A stretch of 64,000 nt of DNA from an uncultured Actinomycetes bacterium. Its GTDB lineage: Bacteria; Actinomycetota; Acidimicrobiia; IMCC26256; PALSA-610. The position numbers and the translations under genes are program-made. Numbering within the stretch: the first letter of the stretch is position 1; the number at the start of each line of letters is the position of its first letter. Under the pieces are notes generated by a model. It did no database searches. It had not been told where the DNA came from and saw nothing but the letters and a program-made list of their open reading frames with translations. Location of the stretch: NCBI GenBank assembly GCA_963729375.1, contig CAVSNP010000008.1, positions 60,540 to 124,539 of the forward strand, given 5' to 3'. This document shows positions 48,915 to 59,846 of the stretch, one piece after another.

Positions 48915-50586
48915 ATGGACACGCAAAGTCCTCCGGCGGTGTTGAAGTTGCGCGCCCGGCGTTACCGGTTCGTCGGACCGGACCTTCTGGATCCGCGACT
49001 TCATGTCGCGTTGGTCGTCGTGACGCTTCAGGTGCTCGGCCAGACGCTCTTGCACTTCGATGTCTCGATCGCGCAGATCTTGATTGCGGTCGCGACCTGT
49101 GCCGTCATCGAGTGCGCGATCACTTTGCGCCGCGAGCATGTGGTCGCATGGCCGTCGAGCGCGTTGCTGACCGGGAACGGCGTGGCGTTCGTGCTGCGGA
49201 TTCCCGGGACCCGGCACGGAGACTGGTGGAGTCTGCGCGGCGGATGGATCTTCGCCGCCGTTGCCGCGATTTCGCTGCTCTCGAAGTACCTGATCCGGGT
49301 GGACGGCCGCCCGTTGTTCAACCCATCGAACTTCGGTCTCGTGTTGTGCTTCTTGGTGCTCGGAAGCCGGCGAGTCGATCCGCTCGACTTCTGGTGGGTA
49401 CGGCCCGGCGTCGGGCTGGCGCTCGCGTTGACAGTGATCATCGTCGGCGGAGTCCTCCTTGCGTGGCGGGTGAAGGTGCTCGGCCTCATCGCGAGCTTCT
49501 GGACGACCTACGCGGCAGCGTTGGGAGTGCTCGCCATCCGCGGGCACTGCATGACCGCCCGTTGGCACATCGGTCCGGTCTGCGACGGGTACTTCTGGTG
49601 GATCCTCGTCACGTCGCCCGAGGTACTCGTGTTCGCGTTTTTCATGATCACCGATCCCAGGACCGCACCGCGCGGTCGGATCGCACGTCGCGTCTACGGC
49701 GCCGCCGATCGCGCTCGTGTTCGTCGCGCTGGCCGCGCCTCAACGAACCGAGTTCGCCACCAAGGTCGCGCTGCTCGGCGCACTTGCGTTGGTTTGCGCG
49801 GCGCGGCCGCTCCTCGAACGACTCCTTCCGGAGGCGGGTGCGGCAGCGGACGGGCTCGCGACCGTGGTTGGGTTCGGCCAAACGGTTCGCAACGCCGCAC
49901 CCCGCAAGAGCGGGCCGACTGTCGCGGCCCGGTTACGGTTCGTCGCGGTCGTTGTTGTCGCCGCGGTCGCGTATGCGGCGATCGTCTTTGGCGCGGGCAC
50001 GCCCGCGGCGACATCGAGCGTGACGCCCGTTGCCCCCGCCCCGGCGGTACCCGCGCACTGCGCCAATACCGCGACCATACCGACCCAATCGCGACCACGG
50101 GCCGCTGGCGTGCCGCCGCCGACCATCACCGTGCGCGACGCGATCGACGTCGCGACGCCGATCAGTCTCCGCGAGGCAACTCAGATCGTCGCTGACGTCA
50201 CCAACGATCTCGCGATCGCGGCTGAAGCGATCGAGCGCCGAGACGCGGTGCTCGCCTCGAGTGTCGCCCGGTTCCTATGGCTCGACAACTTGATCTCCAC
50301 GATCTGTTCGGCGACTGGGCCGCTCGTCGTCGCGACCTATCACCTCACTGCCGCGACGGTCACCGTCGCGAAACGAACAACCGGCCAAGTCTTCCCCGAG
50401 ATCGACGTGGAACTACGGGGCGTCGTAGACGAAACGACGTTCACGCGGTCGAAAACGCCCCGCCGACTTGCCGACCACGCCGGCCGCTATCTGAACACGT
50501 TCGTTGTCACAAAAGCTGGCGGTCACTGGCTCATATGCGGAAACCGTTCCGATCCGCGCACCGCGGCGTGCGTGACCGCGACATGA
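48915..50586 (+). pseudogene. polytopic membrane protein with RnfD/NqrB-like 'ITDPRT' motif plus extracytoplasmic C-terminal domain, frameshifted
   Basis: From ATG 48915 (MDTQSPP) there are multiple TM segments ending 'VFAFFMITDPRTAPRGRIARRVYGAA'. It continues in ORF 49717's frame as 'IALVFVALAAPQRTEF...'. The 1-nt shift is at ~49706. Confidence 0.55.
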
Positions 50587-50804
50587 TGAACCGCCGACGC
50601 TGTCGGGCGAAGCGGGCCGTCGGACGCCAACTTCGGACGCGATCGGCGGCAGGGCGAGCTGATCGCAACGGGGCACGGCAGCGACAGCAACGTCATGGTC
50701 CGGTGCAAACATCGGTCGGCGGCTGAACCCGGGCCGCGCCGGACGCAGACAATGCAGATGAACTGCGCCGCGGCCGGCGCCGACGACCACGCCCGGTTGG
50801 AGCG

Positions 50805-51259
50805 TTACGCAATGTTGGTGGAGGTAATACGGGCCTCGGCGGGTACATATCGGTCCTCGACCTCGCGTAGCCGATTGGCGAGCACGACCAACATCTTGCG
50901 GTCGACCGACGGCATCGAGGCAACGAGCTCGTCGAACGCGTGGGAGGTCAGAACCAACACCGATGTCGGCTCGGTCGTCGTGACGGTCGCGACACGGGGG
51001 AGCCGTTCGAGCAAGGCCATCTCACCGAAGAAACTTCCCGGTCCCAAGGTTCCAATGACGACGTTTTTCGAGTGGCCTGGACACGCCCGCTGACGATGAC
51101 AAAAAACTCTTGGCCTCGTTCGCCTTGCGTCGCGAGCACCTTCCCGGCCGGGAGATCGACCGGAGTCGCAAGCTTCGCGAGTGCGTCGAGCTCCCGCTTG
51201 GTGCAGCGTTCGAAGAGCCAGACGTTGCGTAGCAGTTCGATGCGAAGGTCCCGCTTCAT
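50805..51259 (-). pseudogene. cyclic-nucleotide-binding domain protein, frameshift in an A5/T5 run
   Basis: 'LLRNVWLFERCTKRELDALA...GQEFFVIVSGRVQATRK' continues as 'NVVIGTLGPGSFFGEMALLERLPRVATV'. The shift lies within ttttt (51064-51068). Confidence 0.7.
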
Positions 51260-51856
51260 TGAGCTTCTCCGATAAAGGTCGTATGCGTCCGCTGTAGTTT
51301 GTTCGTTCGGGTGAGCGATGCTTCGTCTTGACCGCGAAGTTGCCGCGATCGCCTCGGCAAATCCGGGCTCCCAGACCCGGATTCCGGGCCCACGACACCT
51401 CCGCCGAGGCCGGTTGCACCTTCAAGAGCGGTCACCGCCACGGAAGCCGGCTGCAGCACACGCGCGACGCTACCGAGGCGACAGACGCACCCGCCATGAC
51501 CGAACCGTTCGAGGACGGTCCGGCGCACCGCGGACGCGGCTGTTCGACGGGTTGGGTGGGCAACGCTCGAGCGGCGACACCACCAGCCCGCTCATGTCCC
51601 AGTCGCCGGGCCCCACACGTCACCGCGGGGACGCTCCCGGACTGCGGACGCGCTGTCCGGTCGGCTGCCCGCTGGCGCGCGCTGGAACCGGACTGGGCGC
51701 CCGTTGTGTGCGGGAGTTCTGCCTGGCGCCGCGACCACACACGACATCCCTGGACGCGTCGCGGCAACGAAACGCGCAGATTCAACGCAGGACGCACGAT
51801 TCGGGCGGCATCGCCCAAACGACTCCCCGAATCCGGTCGGGGCCCCGCGGCGCTGA

Positions 51857-53095
51857 TCAGGAGGTGGTGTCGGCGACGAACGGTAACGACGCATATCGTC
51901 GGACGAATGCCCCGTCGGCGTAGCGACCTTCGTCGGGATCGACCGCGAATCTCGGGCAGCGAGCGAGGAGCTCCTCGAGCGCAACCCGCGCTTGGAGTTT
52001 CGCCACGGCAGCTCCGAGGCAGTGATGAGGTCCGAATCCGAAGCTGAGGATCCGGTCGATGTTCCGGGTCACGTCACAGTCTTCGGCGGTCGGGCCGAAC
52101 TCGGACGGATCCCGGTTCGCGGCTGCGAAGAGCAAGAGCACCTTGTTGTGTTCGGGGATGAGACATCCGTGCACTTCGAGGTCGCGTGTGACCGTCCGGG
52201 CCAGTCCTTGCACCGGCGAGGTCAGACGCAAGAACTCGTCCACCGCGTTCGGGATGATCTCGGGCGACTCGATCATCGCTTCGCGTTGGTCGAGATGGAG
52301 GGTCAGCAACTCCGCCGCGCCGCCGAGAAGGCCCGTGGTCGTATCGTTCCCGCCCGCGACCATCGTAAAGGCGTAACCGAGGATCTGCACGACCGACACC
52401 GCCACTCCCGCGGCTTGGAGTCGCACCAGATCGGAGATCGTGTCGTCGCCCGGATCCCGTCGTCGACGCTCTGCAAGCGCGGCGAAGTATTCGATCATCT
52501 CCCCGACCGCTTCTGACGCCCCGAGCGCTCCGCCGTGCGCGTTCGCGGCGACGATCGCGTCGGTCCAACGATCGAATCGAGCGCGATCCGAGATTGGAAC
52601 CCCCAAATAGTGCGCAACGACGAAGCTGGGCAGAGGTTTGAACACCTCTACAACGATGTCACCCGAGCCGGCCGCTCGGAGGCGGTCGATCCGCTCACCG
52701 ACAAACGCCCGTATCGCCGGTTCCAGCTCGACGACCCGTTTCGGCGTGAACCCGCGCGCGAGCAGCCGCCTGAACTCGGTGTGTTCGGGTGGATCCATCA
52801 TCACGATTGGCGTTGCATCCCGATCGAGACCGACAAGTTCCCGTTCGTTGTCGGTGAAGGTGAGACCACGAGCCGAGGAAAACACCTCCGTATCGATCGC
52901 GGCGGCCGACACATCCGCGAAACGTGACAGGACCCAATAGTCGCCTGCTTCGACCAAGTGGACCGGATCGTGTTCTCGAAGCCACCGGTACATCGGGAAG
53001 GGGTCACGCCACCGTTCACCGCCGCCAGTGACGAAACCCGAGATCGGGCCCGCCTCACCCGCGCTCATACGATCGCTTCCGTGCGGTGCCGGCAT
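51857..53095 (-). CDS. cytochrome P450
   Basis: Haem-binding 'FGFGPHHCLGAAVA', an 'EFLR' ExxR motif and 'AGNDTT'-like 'AGGNDTT' in the I-helix. The start is either 53095 or 53068. Confidence 0.9.
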   Translation of the reverse strand: MPAPHGSDRMSAGEAGPISGFVTGGGERWRDPFPMYRWLREHDPVHLVEAGDYWVLSRFADVSAAAIDTEVFSSARGLTFTDNERELVGLDRDATPIVMMDPPEHTEFRRLLARGFTPKRVVELEPAIRAFVGERIDRLRAAGSGDIVVEVFKPLPSFVVAHYLGVPISDRARFDRWTDAIVAANAHGGALGASEAVGEMIEYFAALAERRRRDPGDDTISDLVRLQAAGVAVSVVQILGYAFTMVAGGNDTTTGLLGGAAELLTLHLDQREAMIESPEIIPNAVDEFLRLTSPVQGLARTVTRDLEVHGCLIPEHNKVLLLFAAANRDPSEFGPTAEDCDVTRNIDRILSFGFGPHHCLGAAVAKLQARVALEELLARCPRFAVDPDEGRYADGAFVRRYASLPFVADTTS

Positions 53096-53684
53096 ACATG
53101 GAGCTCATAACCCTCGGTCCGGCGATCGCGAACGTCTCGACCTGCTCGAGATCGAGTCCGGAGGCTGCGATCAGGGCGGCGGGATCACGGTCGAGGTGGC
53201 AACCACCCGCGACGCGCCGCTGGATTCGGTTGTAGCGGTGCTGACGTCGGGCAACGCGGGGGTCGTGGGAGAGGCCGTGCTCGAGAAACACGAGACGCCC
53301 TCCGGGCCGCAACACCCGTCGCACCTCCTGCAATGCCTCGGCCACGTCGGGGATCGTGCACAACGTCCAGGTACTGAGCGCATTGTCGACCGACGCATCA
53401 TCGAGCGGGATCGCGGCGCCGTCGAGGCCGACGAACCCAACCGGAACTCTCGACGCCGCGAGCCGTTTCTCCGCAAGCTTCCTGCCGACCAACGCCGGAT
53501 CGATCGCATATACCCGGTCCACCGCGTCCGGGTAGTACGGGACGTTCGCGCCGCTGCCGAAGCCGACCTCGACGACGACGCCACTCAACTCCGTCAGCGC
53601 GCGCCGGCGCAGCTTTCCGATCCTCTTGTTGCCCAACATCACATCGATGACTCTCGGCAGCACCTGGTCTTCGTAAACGCTCAC
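53055..53684 (-). CDS. class I SAM-dependent methyltransferase
   Basis: 'VVVEVGFGSGANV', 'LRPGGRLVFLEHG'. Probable GTG start at 53684 (VSVYEDQVLP). The 3' end overlaps the P450 start. Confidence 0.75.
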   Translation of the reverse strand: MSVYEDQVLPRVIDVMLGNKRIGKLRRRALTELSGVVVEVGFGSGANVPYYPDAVDRVYAIDPALVGRKLAEKRLAASRVPVGFVGLDGAAIPLDDASVDNALSTWTLCTIPDVAEALQEVRRVLRPGGRLVFLEHGLSHDPRVARRQHRYNRIQRRVAGGCHLDRDPAALIAASGLDLEQVETFAIAGPRVMSSMYAGTARKRSYERG

Positions 53685-54061
53685 GCCGCCAGTCTCGCAG
53701 GACGGCGGACCGTCAGCATCCCTGCACCCCGAACGTGCCAGACCCACGGGAAGAGGGCCGGATCGGCGATGACGTCGTGGAATTCGCGTTGGTCGATCCT
53801 GCACCACGCAACGCGAATGTCGACGCGACACGTCGCTCACCGTCGCGCAGCTCTGCGTGGGTCGTTACGGTACCTGCGGCGCGACGCGCCGGAGATCAAC
53901 GAACGAGCGCTCGAGGCGCTCGCCGGCTTCCGTGAGCCCGACCGATGCGCCCTGCAGGAGCAACGCATCCGCGCGGGAACTGCGGGCGACAGTGGGGCGA
54001 CGGTGCGCGCGGCGAACGCCCACGCGGTGCTGGGGAATCGACACCACTGATCGGTGCGTGC

Positions 54062-54922
54062 TCATGACGCGCCGACCGGCCAGAGCAACGGGTTGATCGG
54101 ACTCGCGGCAAGATCGCCGGGAGACAATCCGGGAAGCCAGACGCCGAGATCGAACTGCTGATAGACCGAATCAGGCTCGCAGACGCGCGCGCCGTCGGCG
54201 AAGTAGATGACCGTCATCACGGGACGCATCCGTCCGGTGGGGTTCGGACCGGCGCGGTGCAACGTCCACCCTGCATGGAACGTGGCATCGCCGGCTCGGA
54301 TCGCCCCGTAGGTGTGCTCGGGCAGGCGCTCGGAACGAACCAACGCGGCGTAGGCCGCTTCGCTCTCGTCGGAGATGGCGTGCCCGCGCAACTTGCCGGC
54401 TGTGTGACTCCCCGTCGCGAAGGTCATCGAACCGACCCTCGGATCAAGATCGGCGAGCGGCATCCACATCGTGACGGTCTTCTCGGTGTCGACCGGCCAG
54501 TAGAACTGGTCCTGATGCCAAGGCGTGTGGCCGCCGCCAGGTTCTTTGAACAGCGCCTGATCGTGATAGATGCGCACGCCGCTCACACCGAGGACATCGG
54601 CGGCGGCTTTCGCGAAGCGGGACGAAAACACGAACCGGCGGCACACGTCGTCGGTACGCCACAGGTTGAAGCTCTGGAGGAACGCGGCCGAATACGTGTC
54701 GCGTTCGCTGATCGGTCGACGCTCCCGGTTCGCGCTCGCCGCCGCGGCTTCCAAATGGCCTCGGTAAGCGGCAATCTCGGAGGCGGCCGCTAATCCCGCC
54801 AACATGACATGACCTGCTGATGCGAAGTGCGCTGGGACGTCGGGGTCGATCGCGTACGGCGTGTCGAGATCGGGCAGCGTTGCTGGATCGACGACTTCCA
54901 CTCCCCTAACGTAGGCGCCCAC
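54062..54922 (-). CDS. phytanoyl-CoA dioxygenase (PhyH) family Fe(II)/2OG oxygenase
   Basis: 'GGGHTPWHQDQFYWPV' (HxD facial-triad region) and 'ATFHAGWTLHRAGPN'. Confidence 0.8.
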   Translation of the reverse strand: MGAYVRGVEVVDPATLPDLDTPYAIDPDVPAHFASAGHVMLAGLAAASEIAAYRGHLEAAAASANRERRPISERDTYSAAFLQSFNLWRTDDVCRRFVFSSRFAKAAADVLGVSGVRIYHDQALFKEPGGGHTPWHQDQFYWPVDTEKTVTMWMPLADLDPRVGSMTFATGSHTAGKLRGHAISDESEAAYAALVRSERLPEHTYGAIRAGDATFHAGWTLHRAGPNPTGRMRPVMTVIYFADGARVCEPDSVYQQFDLGVWLPGLSPGDLAASPINPLLWPVGAS

Positions 54923-54999
54923 GACCCGCAGGACATCTCCGCGGCCGCCGTCGACCGAGTCGTTAGGATCCAGCAGCTCCGCAAAGCCGCGGCGAGGGG

Positions 55000-56664
55000 T
55001 TGAGCGATGGATCCGATTCGGTCACTACGGGTCGCACGCGGGGAGCGATCCTGAGCGCATCAATGCTCGTGGTCTGCACGCTGGCCGCGTGCGGCTCGTC
55101 GTCGAAGGCGACGAGCGCGTCGACGCACCCGACGTCGAGTGTCGCGGCGAACCCACCACGGGTGCTTCTCGTCGGCACCTTCCACGGACACGTCGGCCAA
55201 TACCGAACGATTCAGGCCGCGGTGAACGCCGCGCGAGCCGGCGATTGGATCCTCGTTGCGCCCGGCGATTACCACGAGACCGCCGACACGACTGGCCCGC
55301 CGTCCGAGTATGCCTCGTCGGGCGGCTTCGGTGGCGTGTTCATCGACACATCGAACGTTCACGTGCGCGGCATGGATCGCAACTCGGTGATCGTCGACGG
55401 GACCAAGCCCGGCGCATCCGCGTGTAGCGCCAACCCAGGTGAGCAGACGTACGGCCGCGTCGGCACCAACGGCAAGCACGAAGGTCGCAACGGCATCGTG
55501 ATTTGGAAAGCCAACGGAGTCAGTATCGACAACCTGACGGTGTGCAACTTCCTCGCCGGATCCGACTCATCGGGCAACGAGATCTGGTGGAACGGCGGCG
55601 CCGAGTCGGGAGCCGTCGGTCTGAGCGGCTACTCCGGGAGTTATCTGACCGCGACCTCGACGTTCTTCGGCGGCGAGGACACCGCCGCACAATACGGCAT
55701 CTTCGCTTCGAACTCGCAAGGTCCGGCGACGTGGACCAACACCTATGCGAGCAATTTCAACGATTCCGGCATGTACGTCGGCGCGTGCCTTCAGGTGTGC
55801 GACATCACGATCAGCAATGCGTGGATGGAGTACGACGCGCTCGGCTACTCGGGTACGAACTCGGGTGGGGCGATCGTGATCGAACACTCGCAGTTCGACC
55901 ACAACGAAGACGGCCTCGACACCAACACGCAGATCGGCGGTGATCCGCCGGCACCGCAGAACGGCACGTGCCCGAACAACGGCATCAGTCCGATCACGCA
56001 CACGCACTCGTGCTGGGTGTTCGTGGACAATAACGTGCACGACAACAACAATCCGGACGTTCCGGCCGCGGGGAGCGCGGCCGCGGGTCCGGTGGGTACC
56101 GGGATGACACTCTCCGGCGGCCGCAACGACACCGTGATGGACAACACTTTTACGAACAACGGGGCGTGGGGAATCCTTTTCGTTCCCTATCCCGACAGCG
56201 ACAAGCCGGTGCTCGGTCAGACGTGCGCAGGAACCGGCGGCGTGCAGACAGCCGGGTTGGGCTGCGTGTACGACCCCGAGAACGACGCGCTCCTGCACAA
56301 CACCTTCTCGCACAACGGCTACTTCGGGAATCCGAGCAACGTCGACTTCGGACAGATCGCCATCTCCGCGCACCAACCGCAGAACTGTTTCGCCGGCAAC
56401 ACGGCACCGGACGGCAGTGCGCCACCCAATCTGCAGACGCTCCAGCCCACGTGCGGAACGCTCACGACGGCGGCGAATACCGGCGGCAGCCTGCTCGGTC
56501 AGGTGCTGTGCGACACCGGGTTCGGTACCTGCCCGGCCGGTGCGAAATATCCAAAATCGACCGGCGCGATGATGCATCCGTTACCGTCGACGCTGACCTC
56601 GATGCCGAATCCGTGTGCCGATGTGCCAGCCAACGCGTGGTGCCCGGGCGGCAAACCCGTCTGA
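55000..56664 (+). CDS. lipoprotein with right-handed parallel beta-helix repeats
   Basis: Lipobox 'LVVCTLAAC'. 'AGDWILVAPGDYHE' opening, and repeated 'N..V.DN.F..NG..GI' turns typical of pectate-lyase-fold or NosD-like proteins. Confidence 0.7.
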   Translation: MSDGSDSVTTGRTRGAILSASMLVVCTLAACGSSSKATSASTHPTSSVAANPPRVLLVGTFHGHVGQYRTIQAAVNAARAGDWILVAPGDYHETADTTGPPSEYASSGGFGGVFIDTSNVHVRGMDRNSVIVDGTKPGASACSANPGEQTYGRVGTNGKHEGRNGIVIWKANGVSIDNLTVCNFLAGSDSSGNEIWWNGGAESGAVGLSGYSGSYLTATSTFFGGEDTAAQYGIFASNSQGPATWTNTYASNFNDSGMYVGACLQVCDITISNAWMEYDALGYSGTNSGGAIVIEHSQFDHNEDGLDTNTQIGGDPPAPQNGTCPNNGISPITHTHSCWVFVDNNVHDNNNPDVPAAGSAAAGPVGTGMTLSGGRNDTVMDNTFTNNGAWGILFVPYPDSDKPVLGQTCAGTGGVQTAGLGCVYDPENDALLHNTFSHNGYFGNPSNVDFGQIAISAHQPQNCFAGNTAPDGSAPPNLQTLQPTCGTLTTAANTGGSLLGQVLCDTGFGTCPAGAKYPKSTGAMMHPLPSTLTSMPNPCADVPANAWCPGGKPV

Positions 56665-56975
56665 CGGACCGTCGCCGCGGCGCGTCGCCGCGGCGACTCG
56701 CGAGTGTGATCGAACCCGACCGGCTCGACCCGACGGATCGACGCACCGTCCGAAACGGGGTTGCGACCACGCGGGTCGTGGCGGTCGAGCTTCAGGCGGT
56801 CGAGGTCGGTGCATGCCGCCTTGGGCGAGCTCGACCGACCGGCGCACGCGCCGCGACGTCCCGCGAGGCATCCAGCCCGCGTCAGCTGATCGGCACGCGA
56901 CGCCCCTGGGGCCAGGCGCGTACGGGCGCGCCGCGCTCCCCAGGATTGGAGTGCGGGCTTGGTACGTTTTGTGCT

Positions 56976-57651
56976 GTGAGTTCAGCCAATCGTCAGCGAA
57001 GGCAACAGAACCGAACGGCGCGCACAGCCGCGGTCGAACAAGCGCGGCGGCGGGCGCAGCGGCGACGGCTCACGTTCGCGGCGGTGGGATTGGTCCTTGC
57101 CCTTGTCGTCGCGATTGTGCTTGTGGCGCGGGCGCGAGACAACAGCGGGAGTAGCGCCTCGACCACGACCGCGACCAGTACAAGCTCGGCGAGCACAAGC
57201 TCGGTGAGCACGACGTCCGGGCCGACCACCACCGTGGCCGGCTCGGTCGCCGGCAAGCCGTGCGTCGCGATGTCGGGCCCGTTACCCGCGGGCGCACCTG
57301 CGGTTCCGGTCAAGGTCGGCCCGCCACCGACGCATCTCGTCAAACAGGACCTGAAGGTCGGGACGGGCGCGGTCGTGAAACCAGACGCGACCGTGACGGT
57401 CAACTACATCGGCGTGTCGTGCTCGACGGGCAAGATCTTCGACTCGTCGTATTCACGGCACCAGTCGTTCACCACTCCGCTCGCCGAGGTCGTGCCCGGA
57501 TGGACGCAAGGGATTCCCGGCATGCGCGTCGGCGGCGAACGTCTGCTCGGCATCCCGCCCGCGTTGGCCTACGGCACGCGCAGCCCAGGCAGCGGCATCG
57601 CTCCCGACGAGAACCCTCTGGTTCGTCGTCCAAGTGTTGAAGACCGCCTAA
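56976..57651 (+). pseudogene. membrane-anchored FKBP-type peptidyl-prolyl isomerase, frameshift 11 codons before the stop
   Basis: From GTG 56976: a basic N-terminus, a TM segment and a Ser/Thr linker, then 'VTVNYIGVSCSTGKIFDSSY...VVPGWTQGIPGMRVGGERLLGIPPALAYG...GIAPDE'. The expected tail 'LWFVVQVLKTA*' is in another frame (extra base in 'gagaaccct', ~57612). Confidence 0.75.
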
Positions 57652-57948
57652 GTCCCGTCCCGTCCGTTTCACCATCTCGTGGCGACGGAACGGGCTGGCG
57701 GCCGCGCCTGGTTCGCCGTGCGCGAGATCCCGGTGGGGTCGAGAACGTCGCTCGGATCGCCACGCCCCGACGACCGTCGCGTCACCGCGACGACGGGTTC
57801 GACGCGCAGCACCAGCCGGCCGTTCCCAGTGGACGAGTCGCTCGCATGCGGGAAGGATCGCGTTCGACGCGCCGAGGCCACGGGTTCGCAGCCGATCTCG
57901 CCTCTCGCGGCCCCGGGGCGGCTCGCCCGACACGATCAGCCTGGCCGG

Positions 57949-58581
57949 TCAGCCTCCCTTTGCGGCCGCGGCCGCGCCACCGAACCCGCCCGCGCCACCC
58001 AACCCGCCGGCGCCGCCGAACCCACCGCGACCGGTGCTGGGGCCGATACTGGTGGCCGCGATCGACGTGCCGTCGGTGCTCGCGGTTCCCACAACGCTGA
58101 CGGTGCTCCCGACCGTGAGCTGTCGGAGAGTCCCGGGCTGACTGATCGTGACCCTCGTCGCCGGGGTGGTCGTGACCTCGATGTCGTCGCCCGCCGTGTT
58201 CTGGATGTACACGTTGGAGCCTTCGACGAGCTTCACGGTGCCGGTCGTCGCGCCTCCCGCGCCGCTAAAGAAAGACCCGATGCCGCCCGAGCCGGCAGCG
58301 GCGCCCGAGCCGCCGCGCCCGCCACGGAACTGCGAGATGAGCGACGACAGACTCGACGACGCACTGCTCGACGGCCGTTCCTCGCGGTCGACGAACGCTC
58401 CGGCGAGAAACGAGACACTCAAGACGATCAAGATAAGCAGGACACGCGTCGCGGGCGTGGTGATACGGGTCTTGCGTAGGTCGGCCATCAATGCCTGATC
58501 CGGTTCGATCTTGTCGATGTCGACGAGCGATACCGGCGGCTGCCCGCTCGCTTGCGTTGGATCGAGAACGCTCACGATCAC
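57949..58581 (-). CDS. single-pass membrane protein: beta-barrel-like domain flanked by Ser-rich and Gly/Phe-rich tracts (last gene of the ABC operon)
   Basis: GTG 58581 is preceded by AAGGA. TM segment 'VLLILIVLSVSFLAGAFV', 'SSSASSSLSS', a core 'GTVKLVEGSNVYIQNTAGDDIEVTT...VSVVG', and a tail 'GRGGFGGAGGLGGAGGFGGAAAAAKGG'. Confidence 0.6.
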   Translation of the reverse strand: MIVSVLDPTQASGQPPVSLVDIDKIEPDQALMADLRKTRITTPATRVLLILIVLSVSFLAGAFVDREERPSSSASSSLSSLISQFRGGRGGSGAAAGSGGIGSFFSGAGGATTGTVKLVEGSNVYIQNTAGDDIEVTTTPATRVTISQPGTLRQLTVGSTVSVVGTASTDGTSIAATSIGPSTGRGGFGGAGGLGGAGGFGGAAAAAKGG

Positions 58582-58616
58582 CTGTCCTTGTCATTCGAGC
58601 TGGGTGTACGCACTGA

Positions 58617-59846
58617 TTACTCGTAGCGGAGTGCGTCGATCGGACGCAGCTTGGCGGCCCGGTTGGCCGGATAGCTTCCGAAGAACAAGCCGACACCGAT
58701 CGCGAACGCCAACGCGAGGACCACGGAGTACGGCTCGACGACGGGTACAACGTTGTCGATCTTCACGAAGGCGCTGAGCGCGATGCCGCCGACCGCGCCA
58801 ATCACGCCACCGATGCCGGCAAGCAGCGTCGCCTCGACGAGGAACTGAGTGAGGATGTGTCCGTGACGAGCTCCGACTGCCTTGCGGATACCGATTTCAC
58901 GCGTGCGCTCGGTGACGGTCACGAGCATGATGTTCATCACGCCGATGCCTCCAACGAGCAAGGAGATCGCTGCGACCGCAGCAAGGAGCACCGTGAAGGT
59001 GCGGTTGTTCGTTGAGACCGCTTGCAGCGCCGACGCTTGATTCTCAACGCTGAAGTCGGTGGAGGTCGATCCCGGGTGCTGGGCGACCAGCACGTCTGTC
59101 ACTTCGGTCTGCGCGGCGGTCGCTCGGCTTGAGCTCTTGGCTTGCACGGTCACACCGCTGACCGTTCCGTTATTGCCGACGAACGTGTCGCGTGCAGTCG
59201 TGAGCGGCATGATCGCGATGCTGTCCTGGTCTTGGAACCCGTTGGTGCCTTTGGACTTGAACACACCGATGACATCGAACGAGCTGCCGCCGATGAGCAC
59301 CTGCTGACCGACGAGCGCCGAGCCGACCGCATTCTGACCGACGAGGTCCTTCACGTCGGTCAATCCGAGCACCACGACGTTGGCGTGCGTGTCGTACTGC
59401 TGTTGGGTGAACCAGGAGCCCCACTGCACCGGATAGTTACGGACCGAGCTGAAATTCGTCGTCGTTCCCGAGATCGTGCTCGGCGTGTCCGTCGCGCCGT
59501 TGTAGACGATCGACTCGCTACTCACGTTCACGGCCGGGACGACCTCAGCGACGTCAGGCGCGTTTTGCTTGTTCTCGAGGGCAGTCACATCGCTGTCGGT
59601 GATCGAGTAGGTCGCGCTTTGCGTACCCCCCCGTGCTCCGAAACCGAAGCCACCCGTCCTCACGCTCAGCAGATTCGAGCCCAGCGCCTCCAAACTCTTC
59701 CGGCTCGCGACGGCGGAACCGCTCCCGACCGCGACGAGCACAATCACGGACCCGACACCGATCCCGATGCCGAGCGTCGTGAGGAACGAGCGCAGCTTGT
59801 TGGCGACGATTCCCCGCAGCGCGATACGGACACTCGAGAGGTTCAT
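58617..59846 (-). CDS. MacB/FtsX-type ABC transporter permease
   Basis: '[26 protein letters not shown]' (TM1), a large periplasmic domain, and C-terminal FtsX-type TM segments '[10 protein letters not shown]...[16 protein letters not shown]'. Confidence 0.9.
   Translation of the reverse strand: MNLSSVRIALRGIVANKLRSFLTTLGIGIGVGSVIVLVAVGSGSAVASRKSLEALGSNLLSVRTGGFGFGARGGTQSATYSITDSDVTALENKQNAPDVAEVVPAVNVSSESIVYNGATDTPSTISGTTTNFSSVRNYPVQWGSWFTQQQYDTHANVVVLGLTDVKDLVGQNAVGSALVGQQVLIGGSSFDVIGVFKSKGTNGFQDQDSIAIMPLTTARDTFVGNNGTVSGVTVQAKSSSRATAAQTEVTDVLVAQHPGSTSTDFSVENQASALQAVSTNNRTFTVLLAAVAAISLLVGGIGVMNIMLVTVTERTREIGIRKAVGARHGHILTQFLVEATLLAGIGGVIGAVGGIALSAFVKIDNVVPVVEPYSVVLALAFAIGVGLFFGSYPANRAAKLRPIDALRYE

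Noticed and set aside
56166-58100. 644-aa ORF as a single large gene
   Set aside because: Only the central segment (56976-~57615) is protein-like, and it is the FKBP isomerase. The 5' part overlaps the end of the beta-helix gene out of frame, and the 3' part is Arg-rich read-through.
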